NCBI GenBank assembly: GCA_039096225.1 | Contig: JBBPEB010000011.1 | Location: 682,001 to 746,000, forward strand | DNA length: 64,000 nucleotides | Source of the DNA: Blastocystis sp. Blastoise | Taxonomy: Eukaryota > Protista > Bigyra: Opalinata | Direction of reading: 5' to 3' | Shown: in pieces, positions 1 to 13,805 of the stretch | Position numbering within the stretch: the stretch's first letter is position 1 | Layout of the letters: each line of letters begins with the position of its first letter | The notes under the pieces: generated by a model | What the model was told of the DNA's origin: nothing | The model's database searches: none | Seen by the model: the letters and a program-made list of their open reading frames with translations, nothing else | Made by a program: the position numbers and the translations under genes

Positions 1-1217
1 TTCTCACTATTTTTACTTTCACTATATCCTTTTAATATTCGTGTCAATTCTTTACCAGCATCCTTTGGGGGAAGTCTATATATATATACAGATATATTAT
101 TATTATATTTATTATATTTCTTATATTTATTATATTTATTATATTTCTTATATTTCTTATATTTCTTATATTTCTTATATTTATTATATTTATTATATTT
201 ATTATTCAATAATATAAATAAAACAATAATATAAATAAAACAATAAACATAACAAAATTTAATTAAAAATGAATAATAATATATATATATATATATAGAA
301 TTACCTTCTAAGTAAATAAGCATAACTTTCTGCAGCAAAATGACGAATAAATGGTTTTTTATGTATAAATAGAGTCACATAATGTTTACGAATAATAGAG
401 ATATCTTGAACTAATAATTTAGATAAGAATTTGAATATAAGAGATAACGTTTTAAACACTTCTGCTGTATCTTCAGGCTGTTTCTCATCAACTACTTCTA
501 ATAATGTATCTAAAATCTTTGAAAAATAAGGTAAGACTTCAGCTCTATATATATATATATATATTATTATTACTTATTATTATTCATTATTCTAATAATA
601 CAGAATTAAAATAAAATACCTATGAAAACACATTTATTAATGATGATAAACATAATAATAATAATTTATATAGAATATAAATATATATATACCCACAATC
701 AAGTGTAAGAAGAGCTGTTAAACGAAGAAATGCAGAAAAACCTAAATTATGTTTAACAATATTTATACATAAAAGATCCACTATCTTTGATAAATTATGA
801 ATTAATAATGGAAGACTTTGGCACAGTGGGTTTACCTATACAAATAAAGAATATATTAGATAGGTTTTTATTATAAAAAAAAATAAACATACATCATCAA
901 AAAAATCACTGAAATCAGCTGTGATATTAAGTTCACTACGTATAGTTAGTAATTCATAGGCGAAGTGATTTGTATTCTCAGGGATCTAAAGAGTATTTAA
1001 GACTAGTAACAACAAGAATGAGTTATATACAGCCTCAGATCTACCGCTATCACTACGAATTGTCTGTAGAACATCTAATTTGATCTCATTAATACGTTCT
1101 GCAAAATTTAAGAAACGATATCTATAATGGATAGTATATATTGATTGATTTATATTATTATTTTACATACTTCTTTTTAGAATCAGTAGTATTTAAACTT
1201 TTCGGTCTGTAAGACAT
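1..1217 (-). CDS. UTP20: UTP20-like SSU processome component, 5' part (multi-exon; continues beyond the left edge)
   Basis: Spliced N-terminus MSYRPKSLNTTDSKKKYRFLNFAERINEIKLDV...ELNITADFSDFFDDVNPLCQSLPLLIHN...PFIRHFAAESYAYLL resembles the UTP20 N-terminus; introns are GT-AG. Confidence 0.8.
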
Positions 1218-2268
1218 ACTAATTCAGTAAAAAAGAAAAAATATTCAATAACTATTAGAAAGCCTTGGACAACTAGAAAAAATAAAAACCATAGAAATCT
1301 CATGAACTTCCCTCAAAAACAGAAAATTTCTATTTTATTGGGTAAACTCGATTCATTAAGAATAATCGTTAATATCACGAATATGCTTGAGTAGATAGAG
1401 TAAAAAACAAAATAATAGTGAATATCAATCTCTGATCTTTTTACCTGTTTATTGTTTGGACACATTTAGTTTCTCTTTGTGGCTTATGTGTATTGCACTG
1501 TAGTTCGAAGTAGAGTCCAGTTAGAGAGATTTTATTTTTATTTAGAATGAGATACAACAATTAAAACATCGAATATGATTCTCTTCATTTATTTTTCATT
1601 TGAGATATGTTTTAAATCATTCAAATAACTAGAAAAGTAAGTTTAAAAAACAATTCTGAAACACACTCATTTCAAATAATATTATTACTCCTTATACATC
1701 AAATATTCTGTATTCTATTATATACTCTGTATTGTTCACAATAAAATACAGTGATTCTTATAAGGTGATATTATAAAACAAAGTATAAAAAGCAGGTTTT
1801 CATGTTTTTATGTTATGTATTATTTTCTTTAAAAAAAAATATCTCTGAGACTTATTACTTAGTTTTTGCTGTTGTTAATTAAAGCATAAGAGAAGATCTT
1901 GTCATTGATAAAAAAAAAACTTGTGCTGACAATAATCTATAAAGTATATATATATGTAACCAACAAGAAGTCCTTATAATTAAGAGAGTTTATTCAGTGT
2001 AAGATTGGTTTCAAATAATTCTAATGATTTTAGAATAATAGAACATCTTTCCATGTCAACATAAATACAAAAACACACCATTAATTTAATTTAAAAAGGA
2101 ACACTTTTTTTGTATTTTCCAGTCAAATATTCTAAAAAATCAAGGAAATGAAGAATTTAACAGAATTCATTTGCTCCCCTTAAATTTCAGTTGACGAAGA
2201 AAGAATTCATATTATTTAATTATAAAACATATCTACAATTTATATCCGTTTCGTTTATTTCGATTATT

Positions 2269-3081
2269 ATGTCTCAAGAAAATATTATCATAAGAAAGAA
2301 GAGTTTCATGGATAGATTCTCAACTGATATTGCCTTTGAAGATGAATCTATGCTCAAGGCTTTGACAGATGGACTTGATTTTGTCAGTGATGACCCTATA
2401 GATGAATTTCTTGGTTCTGTATATTTATAATTACTATTTTGTTTTCTATTACATGTGTTTTTTTTTATTTAGACTAACTGCACTGAGATTATTGTTTCCT
2501 GTAAGTGATCTATAATCTATAATAAGTTATGTTTTTTAACTAATTCTTTGTATAGCTTTATTAATGGGACTTGAAATGACTGATGATAATTTCCAAAAGG
2601 TATTAGATAAGATTTCAGAGAATAGAGAGAATACAAAACTCTGCAAATATCTTGAATTTTTTGGTATATAGTAGTCTATTTTTTATTTGATTTGTTATTT
2701 TATTGTTATATTTTTTTTAGATTGCAGAATTGATAATAACCGTCTTCAGAAAATTTTAGATTTAGTTGATGAAATTGGTATGAAAGACCTTGAAACAATC
2801 AATTTTAGTAGTATATATATATTATTTTTTTTTTTATTAATAATATTAAGAAATTTTTGTTTTATGTATTTTAATTTATATATATAGGAAATCAAATAAC
2901 TAGAGATGGATTTCTTGCTATTCATAAATTTATATTTTCAAATCATTTTGGATATTTAAAAGAAATTTGTTTAGCTGGTATATAAATAACTTTTTATATA
3001 ATAATGAATATTAAATTTATATACTTATTTTCTATTTAAATATTTATTGATTATATATATTGTTTTGATGTTTATATGTTG

Positions 3082-3120
<39 letters not shown>

Positions 3121-4086
3121 TAATCCTATAGGAGATGATGGGTTTAATGATGTATCCCATATAATTGAAGTCGATATGAAAGACTCTAGGGACTTTATAC
3201 ATGAGCAAGTATGTATATATAATTATTTATTTTATTTATTTATTTATTTATTTTTTTTTTTTTTAATTTTAATTTTATTTATTTATTTATTTATTTATTT
3301 ATTATATACTTATAAATAATTATATATAATTATGTTACGTATATAGATAAAAAAGAGGGTATTTAATATAATCAATTTTTTTTTATAATTTATAAATCTT
3401 GTTAAATATCAAGAAATGCACTTTTATTATTCTCAACTTATTCGTCTGAATATTGATGAATGTTTTTGAATTATTATTTGTTTTAATTTATTTTCTATTA
3501 TTCATATATTCTTATTCTGATTATTATTTCTCTCTCTAGATTGAATTACTTCAAAATCAAAATATCAATCAAAAAGTGAATTCTATTAATTATTCATTCA
3601 TATTTGATGGTATTTTATTACTTATATAATTATTATTGTTAATATTTAATATATATATATATATATAGAATGTAGTTTAACTGATAAGAGTATAGAAGGA
3701 TTATTTTGTTTTTCTGCATTAAGAAAAATACAACCATCTCTTCATATTACATTCAGTCTTAAATGTATATAATTTATTTTTAGTTTTATTATATTATTAT
3801 TTTTTTTTTTCTCTCTTTTATATTTTTTATATATTTTTTTTTTTTTTTTTTTTTTTTTTATCTTTATTTATCTTTAATTTTAACCTATATTCTATATAGC
3901 TAATTTATTCTCTGTGATTGGAAAGAATCAAATTATTGATAATTTTAAACAAGCTGGAGTTGATGTTTTTATTGATGGAAGTATATATATATTATTATCA
4001 TATATATATATTATTATTATCATATATATTATTTTTTATTATTATTATATATTTATATAGGTTTTCATAGTAGTGCTTTATCTTAA
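2269..4086 (+). CDS. Leucine-rich repeat (RNI-like) protein, about 11 exons; exon structure at 3347-3540 uncertain
   Basis: Exons give LRR-like units (GNQITRDGF, LKEICLAGNPIGDDGF, ECSLTDKSIE) split by phase-1 introns; stop at 4084-4086. Confidence 0.6.
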
Positions 4087-5254
4087 GTTTACTTGTAATA
4101 TAGACCTATTTATATCACCATATTCTTCTTCTTCTCCTTTTATATATATATATATTTTTTTTTTTTAAATATTTATTCGTTTTTTTTTTCCTATTCTAAT
4201 TTTCGATATTTTTTTATATATACTCTTCCAAATATTCTTCTATTTCTTCTTTTGTATACTAGTGTTTCAAGTTGTTGTTTTATATATATATATATTATTG
4301 TACTCTATTTCTTCTTTTTATACATATCAATTGAAGTTTGTCTACTCTATTTCATATATATATATTTATATATATATATTTTTTTTTTGTGTTTCCCTAA
4401 TTTTTAGAACAGTTATATATATATTATTCATTTTTAATTTTTTTTTTATAAATCTTTTTTATCATACAATTTGATGCGTCTTCTTTATGTCATCTATTTA
4501 ATTCATAGGTTATTATTTTCTTATTTTTTTTCTATGTATCTATATTCATATATCAATATATATATATTTGAAAATGATCATATTTAATAATTTCACTATT
4601 ATTTTTATAAGTTTTTGTATTCTATTTTAATTGAATTTTCTTCTTATTCATATATACTAGTATTCCTTTATTTATGAATCAAACTTTATTCTCTAAATCT
4701 ATGAGTATTTATATATATATATTCATTCTTCTATAATTCTCCTTTTTCTCCTATTTTATATATAATTTATATTGTAGTCGATGTATACTAATCAATATAT
4801 TTCTCATAAACTTTATTTTTTTTCATGATAGACTAGATTTATTCTATGTACTATGTAATATTTATTATTTTGAAAAGTTTTTTTTCAATGACAGTTTATA
4901 TTTTCCATTTTTTTTTCTTGTTATTCCTTTTTTTCTTATTTATTTTCGTATACACTCTCTACAACTTTTTATTACAAATCTTTCATTTGGATAACCTTCA
5001 TTTTGTTATCATTCTATTTTTCTTTATATATATATAGTCTAATTTTTTTTTACATACATTAAATGTTGTGATAACTAGTTTTGTTGATGATAGATTCATG
5101 TTCTCTTCAGTAAATTTTACAAAACGATAATAATTCTATAGTTTTTCTTTTTTTAAAGAAAAAAATAAAAATAAAGTGGAATAAGATTAAATCCCCATTT
5201 TTACGCAACTGACAACCCTTGAGGTCATTCTAAAATGATTCTACCAAAAACCAT

Positions 5255-5300
5255 GAATATCTGTCAAACGCGTATTGTTTTTTTCTCAAACGCGTATTTT
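5255..5300. repeat. Left arm of a perfect 46-bp inverted repeat (two ACGCGT motifs)
   Basis: GAATATCTGTCAAACGCGTATTGTTTTTTTCTCAAACGCGTATTTT is the exact reverse complement of 8006-8051. Confidence 0.95.
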
Positions 5301-8005
5301 CTCAAGATTATTTTCTAAAATAAAAGAATAACTGTGATATTTTTTTCTTAGCTATATAACTTTTTATGTCAAGCTTCAGTGCTATTACACACAACATATG
5401 ATTAAATATTTCATTAGTGCCTTATGAAGAAGAAAAATAAGAGTCAAATTGTATTCATTTCAAGGGTGTACTCTATCAAACTTTGTTAGGTCATTCTGAT
5501 TTCGTAAATACACATAGAGAATGAGTTCTGACATAATCTTGTCGACAAATAAGTCTTTGAAACTGTCTTCTAGGTCGTGATATTGAACTTCATATTCTTC
5601 GTTTGTTTTAATTCATTATGATTTACTTTCTACAGAGTACTTTAAATATATTGTAATGACTTAAAAGCTAAATATATGAGATAAAATTTTGAATGGGTTG
5701 AAATCCCTATTATAAATAATCAGATTCTTCTCAAATTGATTTCAACTATTTTACTATGATTAAATGATTGAACTAATTAATAAAATAAATAAAACAATAA
5801 ATATATTTGTCATGTCATAATTTCTATTTTTCAGGTTTCTGTCTTTTATTTCAGGCAGTCATATTTTTATTTTTAGGTTGCATATGACGTGAATATTTTT
5901 CATAATAATTTTTGTAGATTATAAAATATTTTATAATTATTGAATTGTAAATGATTAACTTCCAATATCATCAAACTAAAAATAATTATATTTTCTTGAG
6001 TACCAAATACTTTTGACTACAACAATAAGCAAAAAACATAAAAATTAGTTCTTCATAGTTTATTAACACTAAACAGAAAATTTGATTTATTATGGATTTG
6101 CAAGCGTTTAGTTTCACCAAATTGATTTATTTATAATTTTAATTTATAGTTATAAGATATATGTTATGTGAACTTTAATATTATGTTAATAAATATCTTT
6201 TTAATATTTTCCTTACGGAGAAAAATAATCATTTTCAATTGACGTTAAAGTGTTTTTCTAAAAAAAGGGTTGTTACACTTAGTGATAGTTCTTGATAATT
6301 ATTGAATTAAAAACAAAAAAAAAGATATTCTTATATATTTAACACTCTCTTATATAAATATTCAAATGATATTTGAAAAACAAATAATTCTTACTGGTAT
6401 AAAGAAAGCTGCTAAAAGAAAGAAAAAGCCAGAAAAAAATGTTTTTTTTTCTGTTATTAATTAATGTCAGGTTACCTATCTCTTCAGGTAGATTGGGAAC
6501 AGTTTATATATATTAAATTAGTACAATGTTAAGTATCTCTATTTAGTAAAATATAGATTTATATATAAATATTTAAGTATTTATTAACACAAAAGAAATT
6601 ATATGTATATGGCTTTTTGAGTTTTTTACACTTTTTTCTTTTTTCCCATATTGAAAAATAGAAATTCAAAAGTATGTGCAGTTTCAAACTGTTTATATGC
6701 TTGCTATTACATTATGATAGTGAAAATTCTAGAATCAATACATTATGATACAACACAATGAAATGCATTTTTTCATACTTTTTGACAATAAAGTAATATA
6801 AATTATAAATGAATTTCAGAATTTTAAATTATTTAAAAATGATAGATATTCGACTATAGTTGCAAAAAATATAATAAAGAGAAATAAACACATAAAGAAA
6901 ACATATATATATTTGACATAATATACATTTTTTAAAAACTCTTTTTAGGGTATTGTTATCGTGCCCTTTAATCAATAAATATTTCATTAATTGTTTTCAA
7001 GGTTTATATATATAATATAGATTGATAGATGCATAATATACCAAAATTTCAATACTCTGTGACTTATTATTAACCATCAAAATATCATAGTTAGTTAGTG
7101 TTTTTATGAAAAACAATAAAAAATGTAAAAAAAAAATAAAATCCTCTTTTTGAAACACTAAATTTAATTTCAAATATTTTAATATAAATAATATAAATAA
7201 GCACGGCTTATGTTTTATACATATATAAAAATAGAAACTAGTTAATCATTCTATGAACTTCAGTAATCAGGAATATTCATGGAGTAAAGGAATGAGTGTG
7301 AAATTTTTTGTTGTCTTTTTCATTATTCTTAATTTTTATTATATGTTTATACATAGATATTATTTTATAAATAACTTGACATATTATTTCTTTAACTAAT
7401 TTATTTTATGAGTAGGATTGTTAACTCAATATATAAGACTATAAAAAACAGTTGTTAATTGTGTGTCTAAAGGTAGTGTATTTCTTAATGTTCAGTGATT
7501 ATTTTATCATTTATATTAGTCTTGATTTAGGGTTGATTATAATATCCAACAAATAATGATTTTTAATGATAATAATATGAGAATTAGCACTAAATTATTG
7601 ATAAAATATTACTAATTTTTAAGATAGATACGTTAACAATAATTGCAGACGATATAGACCTCATTTATGTTGTAATAGACTAATTTTGAAAGAACATTAT
7701 TCAAGTGATACTTGCTCAAACTCATTTGAGTGGAAATTATTTGTATATTCTTGAAGATAAACATATTCTTATATATTTTTTAGATTAACTCTTTTTAATA
7801 AGTCGCTCTTGTCATTAAAAAAGTTGGTACTATAAAATAAGACGAGCAACTTTGTGTACTGATTTTTCATTGTGTATTATGTGTATACACTTCATATTTA
7901 TGAAGTAGTCTCTGATAGATTAGAAAAGAGTTTATGCAAAAAATTATTTAAAAAAAATAAATATCAACTGAGTTCAACCAAAAACAAAATACACACAAAA
8001 ACATA

Positions 8006-8051
8006 AAAATACGCGTTTGAGAAAAAAACAATACGCGTTTGACAGATATTC
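8006..8051. repeat. Right arm of the 46-bp inverted repeat, 38 nt upstream of the CRAL-TRIO/PH ATG
   Basis: AAAATACGCGTTTGAGAAAAAAACAATACGCGTTTGACAGATATTC. Confidence 0.95.
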
Positions 8052-8089
8052 TTTATTCAATATAATACTTTAAATATTTATCTCTTTTA

Positions 8090-9617
8090 ATGCCATCTTG
8101 TAATATAATAACTACAAGTAAGCTTGAAGAGCTTGCAAAAACTGTGGATTCTTATATTTCGAGGGATTTACTTTTTTTTAAGTATGGAAATCGGTTAACA
8201 CAGATCAAACGTTATCTAATTGAGAATGATTTTAATATTCCTCAAGCTATAGCTTCGATAAAAAGAACAAGCAAGTGGAGAGAGAACTGGAATGCTGATA
8301 CGATTATTGCAAGTGATGTGATGGACATTTGTTCTCATATTGTTATTACTCCTTATGGATTAACAGATAAAGGCCAGTTAGCGACAAGCATTTATTTTGA
8401 TGATATGGACTCAATGGAATTCGATATTCAATCCATTCTTATTTGTCTGATATATCATTTAGATAGATTGCTTATGCTATCCTATAAAGAAAATTATGAA
8501 AATAATCAGATGCCTCCATTAAAGAATTATATTTTCTTAATAATTGATGGTACTAGTTTTAGTAATTGTTATAAGAAGTTTACAAATCCTCTTGTATATC
8601 GTACTATATTAGATGTAATTAAAGCTCATTATCCCTGTATGTTTGATTGGAGTTTAAATTATATTTGTGATCAAAATTTCTTTGAACCTCCTGTATTTCC
8701 TGATTGTGTAACTATACTTATAAATAATGCTTCTAATGTATTAAGATTAATGTATGTAATATGGATTCAATTCTATAGTAAACCTTTTATTGATCAAGTA
8801 TTAGTTACGAAATCAAATTATTTACCTGATTTTATACCAAAAGATATTATATATAAAGAATTTGGTGGTACAAAATTATGTAATTTAAGAGAATGGTTTT
8901 TTATGAATGCTTATACAGAATCATGTGAAATGAAGATATCTACGCAGCATAGTATATCTCCTACAGCGTTATTAGAGTTTGGAACAGGAAGAGAAGTGAA
9001 AGCGTGTGACATGCCGGGATGCATTGCTAAAGGATGGTTCTGGAAAATGACAAATACAGGTCATAAATGGAATCATTATTATTTTATATTAATTAAAGAA
9101 CATATATTGTACTATTATTCAGATGAAAATGATATTACTATACATAATGCGTATATATTATTTATTATTTACTTGTATTTGTATTTGTATTTGTTTATTT
9201 GTTTATATATATATATTTTTTATTGTTATTATTATTATTTTTATTTTTATTATTATTAAGTAGTTATATATATTATATTATATATGATATATTATATTAT
9301 TTTATATACAATAATATTAATTATTATTATTATTATTATATAGTATTTTATTAAGTGGTTGTAAAATCATTATATCTACAAATCCTGTAGATAAAAGGCG
9401 TGAAGGATCTAATAGTATATGTAGTATTAAATATTCTCTTCAAACAACAACTGCTCCCTGTTATAGTGATGAAGAAAATCCCAACGGGAATCCTCATAAT
9501 TATCATTTTGTATTAAGAACACCGAGTAGAGACTTTATTTTTGGATGTAATGATATTGAACAAAGAGCTATGTGGTTATATTATTTAAAGAAATCAATTG
9601 AAGCTTGTAAAGTATAG
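8090..9617 (+). CDS. CRAL-TRIO/Sec14-like domain plus C-terminal PH domain protein (2 exons)
   Basis: RYLIENDFNIPQAIASIKRTSKWR (CRAL-TRIO N-term), HYP, YKEFGG; PH motif KGWFWKMT...WNHYYFIL...FVLRTPSRDFIFGCNDIEQRAMW; one GT-AG intron at about 9151-9342. Confidence 0.8.
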
Positions 9618-10860
9618 AGTATTACTTTTAAAGAAATTGTTATATATATATTGTATATTATATTATATATATATATAAAGTCGACGATATTTATCGAATA
9701 GTTTTTGTTTTTTATTTTTTTTTTTTATTGTTATTTTTATTGTTATTGTTTTATAATTATTTTTTTTAATTTATATTCTTTTTAGATATTGATATTTAAA
9801 TATATATATATATATTTAAATATTTATGTATATATAATTGTATATATATATATATGTTATATATTTGAATAGTTACCATATCTTTCTTCTTCTTTATATA
9901 TATTCCTTTTTTTTATATATAGTACATTTTGTTTATGTATAAATTTTTGTATTTATTTGAATTCAATTCTATGTTGTGTATATTGTCGACTATATATATA
10001 TATATAATTATATGTAGTATACTCTTCATTTTCATTTCTTTAGTTTTAAATTTGTTATATATATATATCTTTTCAATTTTTTTTTTATTGTTGTTAACAT
10101 CATATATGTATATATTTACATTATTATTATTTTGATATCCATTTTCTTCGTTCTAGCAAGCTTGATTTCTATATGTTTCTATATATATATCTTTCAAACT
10201 CTATTTTTTATGAGAATTATATTATTTATTTAATTTTATATGCTTATATTATATATATAAACATAATAATTATATTCATGCTTATATATATAATATTTTC
10301 CATATTATTCAACTATCTTTATATTTTATTTTATTTCTTTAGAATATGTGTATTATGTGTTATATATATATAAATGTTTTATTCTATTTATTTGGTATGT
10401 ATATATATCATGTGAATAATTCTTGTTACTTATATATATACAACATATTATATATATTCATATTTTTCTCTTTTTCATTTTATTGTATATATTTCTTCAA
10501 TTATATTTTCCTTATTCTATTTATCCTTTAATTATTTTCCTTCTTTTAAGATTTCTAGCCACTTAAATCTTCTTTCTCTCTCTCTCCTTCTCCCTCTTAA
10601 CCTATAAATATATATATTATGTGTTTATTTATATATTTATTTTTATATATTTATTTTTTTATTTCTCATTTTATCAAATAAATAATATTAAGTAGTCAAA
10701 CGATATTTATGGAGAAATTCTAATTATTATATTATATTTTTATAATATTAATAATTAATATGTGCTTGTTTTTTCTACATTTTTTTTTTATATGTTTTAT
10801 TTCTTATTATCTACATATATATATATATATAGAATTGTGTTCTACTCTAAATTGTGTTCA

Positions 10861-10895
<35 letters not shown>

Positions 10896-10996
10896 TTATA
10901 TTTATATATGCAACGTGTTTATATTCTTATTTCTTTCTTTCGTCCTAATAAAGTTTTCTCCCTTTTTATCAATCATCATATCTATGATATTTTGAA

Positions 10997-11046
<50 letters not shown>

Positions 11047-12391
11047 CTTAATTACCTATATTTTATAACCTTTATTCAACATATATAAATAATGTTTTCT
11101 TCTTTTATTATTCTTTGTTTTCTCATATTTATGTATTTTATTTTTATGAATATATATTCGTTGTATATTATTTTATTGCTCATATTTATGCTATTCCTCA
11201 AAGATGTTTCAAACATCTATATTTATATTTATATTCATTCTCTTTTCTTTTCTTTGTTTCTCTTTCATTTTTCTTTTATTTTTTTTTCTCTTTTAACTAT
11301 TCTTATATCACTATTCTATCATTATTCACACTATTATGTATCATTCTTCTATTTTTCAACAATAGTTATACTTACATATATATATGTTATAGTCTAGTAG
11401 TCAATTTAATTATTACCTTCTATTTATTACATTTCTCTTGTTTTTCTACTCTATTGATATACTTCATTTCTTATTCTATTTTGTTTTATTGATAGTATAT
11501 TTTTTTTTCTTGTGTAAATACATTTTTCATTTTTATTTAATTTTCATTTTCATTTTTTATCCTTACACTTTTTTTCTTTTCTCGACATTTGGTTTTATAA
11601 AATTAACATTTTTTTCTTGTTTATTATTTGTTCAACATTTCTTCAAATGTATATATTTTTTATGATTATATTATTAACAACATGTATCATCATAGTATAC
11701 ACATTTTCTCACTTTTCCATTATTACCAACTAAACATCATAATAATATACTCTTCTTTGTCTTATTATTACCTACTAACTGCCAGTATAGTTATTATTAT
11801 TATTAACGAAATATAACTGCCCATTCTTAGCAACTAACAAAACATATAAATTTAAAACGGAACTAGAATAATAATCCATCATATACAAATGATTTTCTTT
11901 ATGAGAAAAAATATATAATGACTTTATATCATATGAAAACAGAGAAAAAAAACTATAGACTGCTTTATAAAAGAAAAAATAGAGTTAGAAAGAAATAGCT
12001 AACATAATATTTACAAAAAAAAATAAAGAAATAACAAACTAAGATATGTAACAGAAAAATATAATTATTTACAATAAACACATAACCATAAAAATGTGCA
12101 TTAAATATGAAAAAAAAGTAATAGATAGACTACTTACTCCTATATAAAGGAAAACATGGAATAAGAATAATATTATTAACTGAAATACATATTTATATAT
12201 AAAGAATTATAGATTAGAAAATAATATAAACTAATTAAAGATAACTTATTTCAACTTTTCAAAACAAAAAAAATAATATTAAACTTTAAAATAGAAAATA
12301 AAGATAAACATATATATATAAAGAAAAAAAAATAGATTACAAAAAAAAATAAAATTACATCTTATACAAAAAGAAATAAAAGCCGAAAGAC

Positions 12392-12874
12392 TTATCCATG
12401 AATAGAAATGATGGATCCATCATCAATTCCTACAGAACACAAACTTTGATCCATTTGTAACTGACTCTTATTATACTCAATAATAAAATCTAGAGGTAGT
12501 TGAATGCTCTTATATTTCTGAGCAGAAGAAAGGATCATATTCGACAATGTAGACACTGTTTTCGTAGGATCAACTGAAAAAGCCAATAGTTTTTGTGCAA
12601 AGAAATCTGCAAATACCGTAATTGAAGGATTATAGCAGTTGCTCTGGACCATCTCGATTTCGCAATCCATATAAAAACCTAAATCACCCATAGTCTGACC
12701 AAAGCATGGAGATACAAGAGACGAAGTATTTAATATTCTGAAGTAATGCATCGATGGAGGGATTCCAGAGAGTGAATAAAATATATAACTAAATGTATCA
12801 AACAATTGTTGACTGTCAGAAACGATAGGATATATTTTATTTGAAAACGTTTTCACATAGAGTACAAATTTCAT
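12392..12874 (-). CDS. Single-exon protein with two ubiquitin-like domains
   Basis: MKFVLYVKTFSNK...SGIPPSMH; second unit SVDPTKTVSTL...QSLCSVGIDDGSIISI; no C-terminal GG. Confidence 0.6.
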   Translation of the reverse strand: MKFVLYVKTFSNKIYPIVSDSQQLFDTFSYIFYSLSGIPPSMHYFRILNTSSLVSPCFGQTMGDLGFYMDCEIEMVQSNCYNPSITVFADFFAQKLLAFSVDPTKTVSTLSNMILSSAQKYKSIQLPLDFIIEYNKSQLQMDQSLCSVGIDDGSIISIHG

Positions 12875-13805
12875 ATGCGTAAAAGAATATTAAAAAATAA
12901 ACAAAGAAACGAAAAGAAAATTAGTATTACATTTATAATAATATAATCAGGAAAGAAAACTTCCACTTTTTTTTACCACCCATTTCATATCGAATTGTGG
13001 GAGTATGTTCATTTTGATTCGTTCATTTCATTTTTCTACCAATATATTTCAAAATTTTCGATTCTATAAGAAAATAAAACTGATTCAACATTCTTAATCG
13101 TTTTTGTTACTAAATCATTGTCAATTCATAAATATTTTAAAGTTAAATGCTTGTTATAACAAAGAAATTCTTTAATCAAAAGAAAAAGAGAATAGTTGAA
13201 CAGTATTGGAACATTACTTATTAATACAAATATATCTGTATATATTTGAAATATCCTGTGATCATGATTCTTAAGTTTTATCTTAATGTATGCTAACCTT
13301 TTCAAAGTCAAATCGGAATTTGAAAAATTAATAATTTTTTTTTAATTTGTTTATTAAAAAGACCAAGGAGAGTGATATTTTGCTAATATTTTATTTCTTT
13401 TCAACTTTGTGTTTCATCGACAAAACAGTCAAATGAAAAACAACACAATGACCTAAAACGAAAACACTACAGAAGCAAATCAAAAAAGAAAACTGAAATC
13501 CCTACATAAAAAAACCTCGGTTTCCATTTGGTTTCATAAGAGGCTCAAGTGAATATTACTCTATAAGTATTATTGGCTAATTTATGAAAAGTGACCAATT
13601 ATCTTCAACACATGAAGTATTCGTCGAAGGAAGTCTCAAATGTTTCCTATGAAGAAGCCCAAAACAATAATGATTAGCCAATCATCTTATGTATTTAGAA
13701 TGGATGTCATTAAGAGAAACCTTCAATCATTCATTACATTAACAATTGTCAAATTTTTCATTAATCGAGTGTTTTTCTAATAATTTATTTATATTTTATC
13801 ACGAT

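Noticed and set aside
3347-3540. Possible non-canonical introns in the LRR gene
   Set aside because: A GT-AG solution (GTATTT...CAAG, then GTCTGA...CTAG) keeps the frame, and there is no conserved motif to decide
9929-11816. Many 60-125 aa I/Y/F/L-rich ORFs (also at 4262-5037, 22648-23018, 33489-34279, 44115-44696, 51719-52005)
   Set aside because: Translations of AT microsatellites and T-rich non-coding DNA, or antisense/off-frame shadows of real genes
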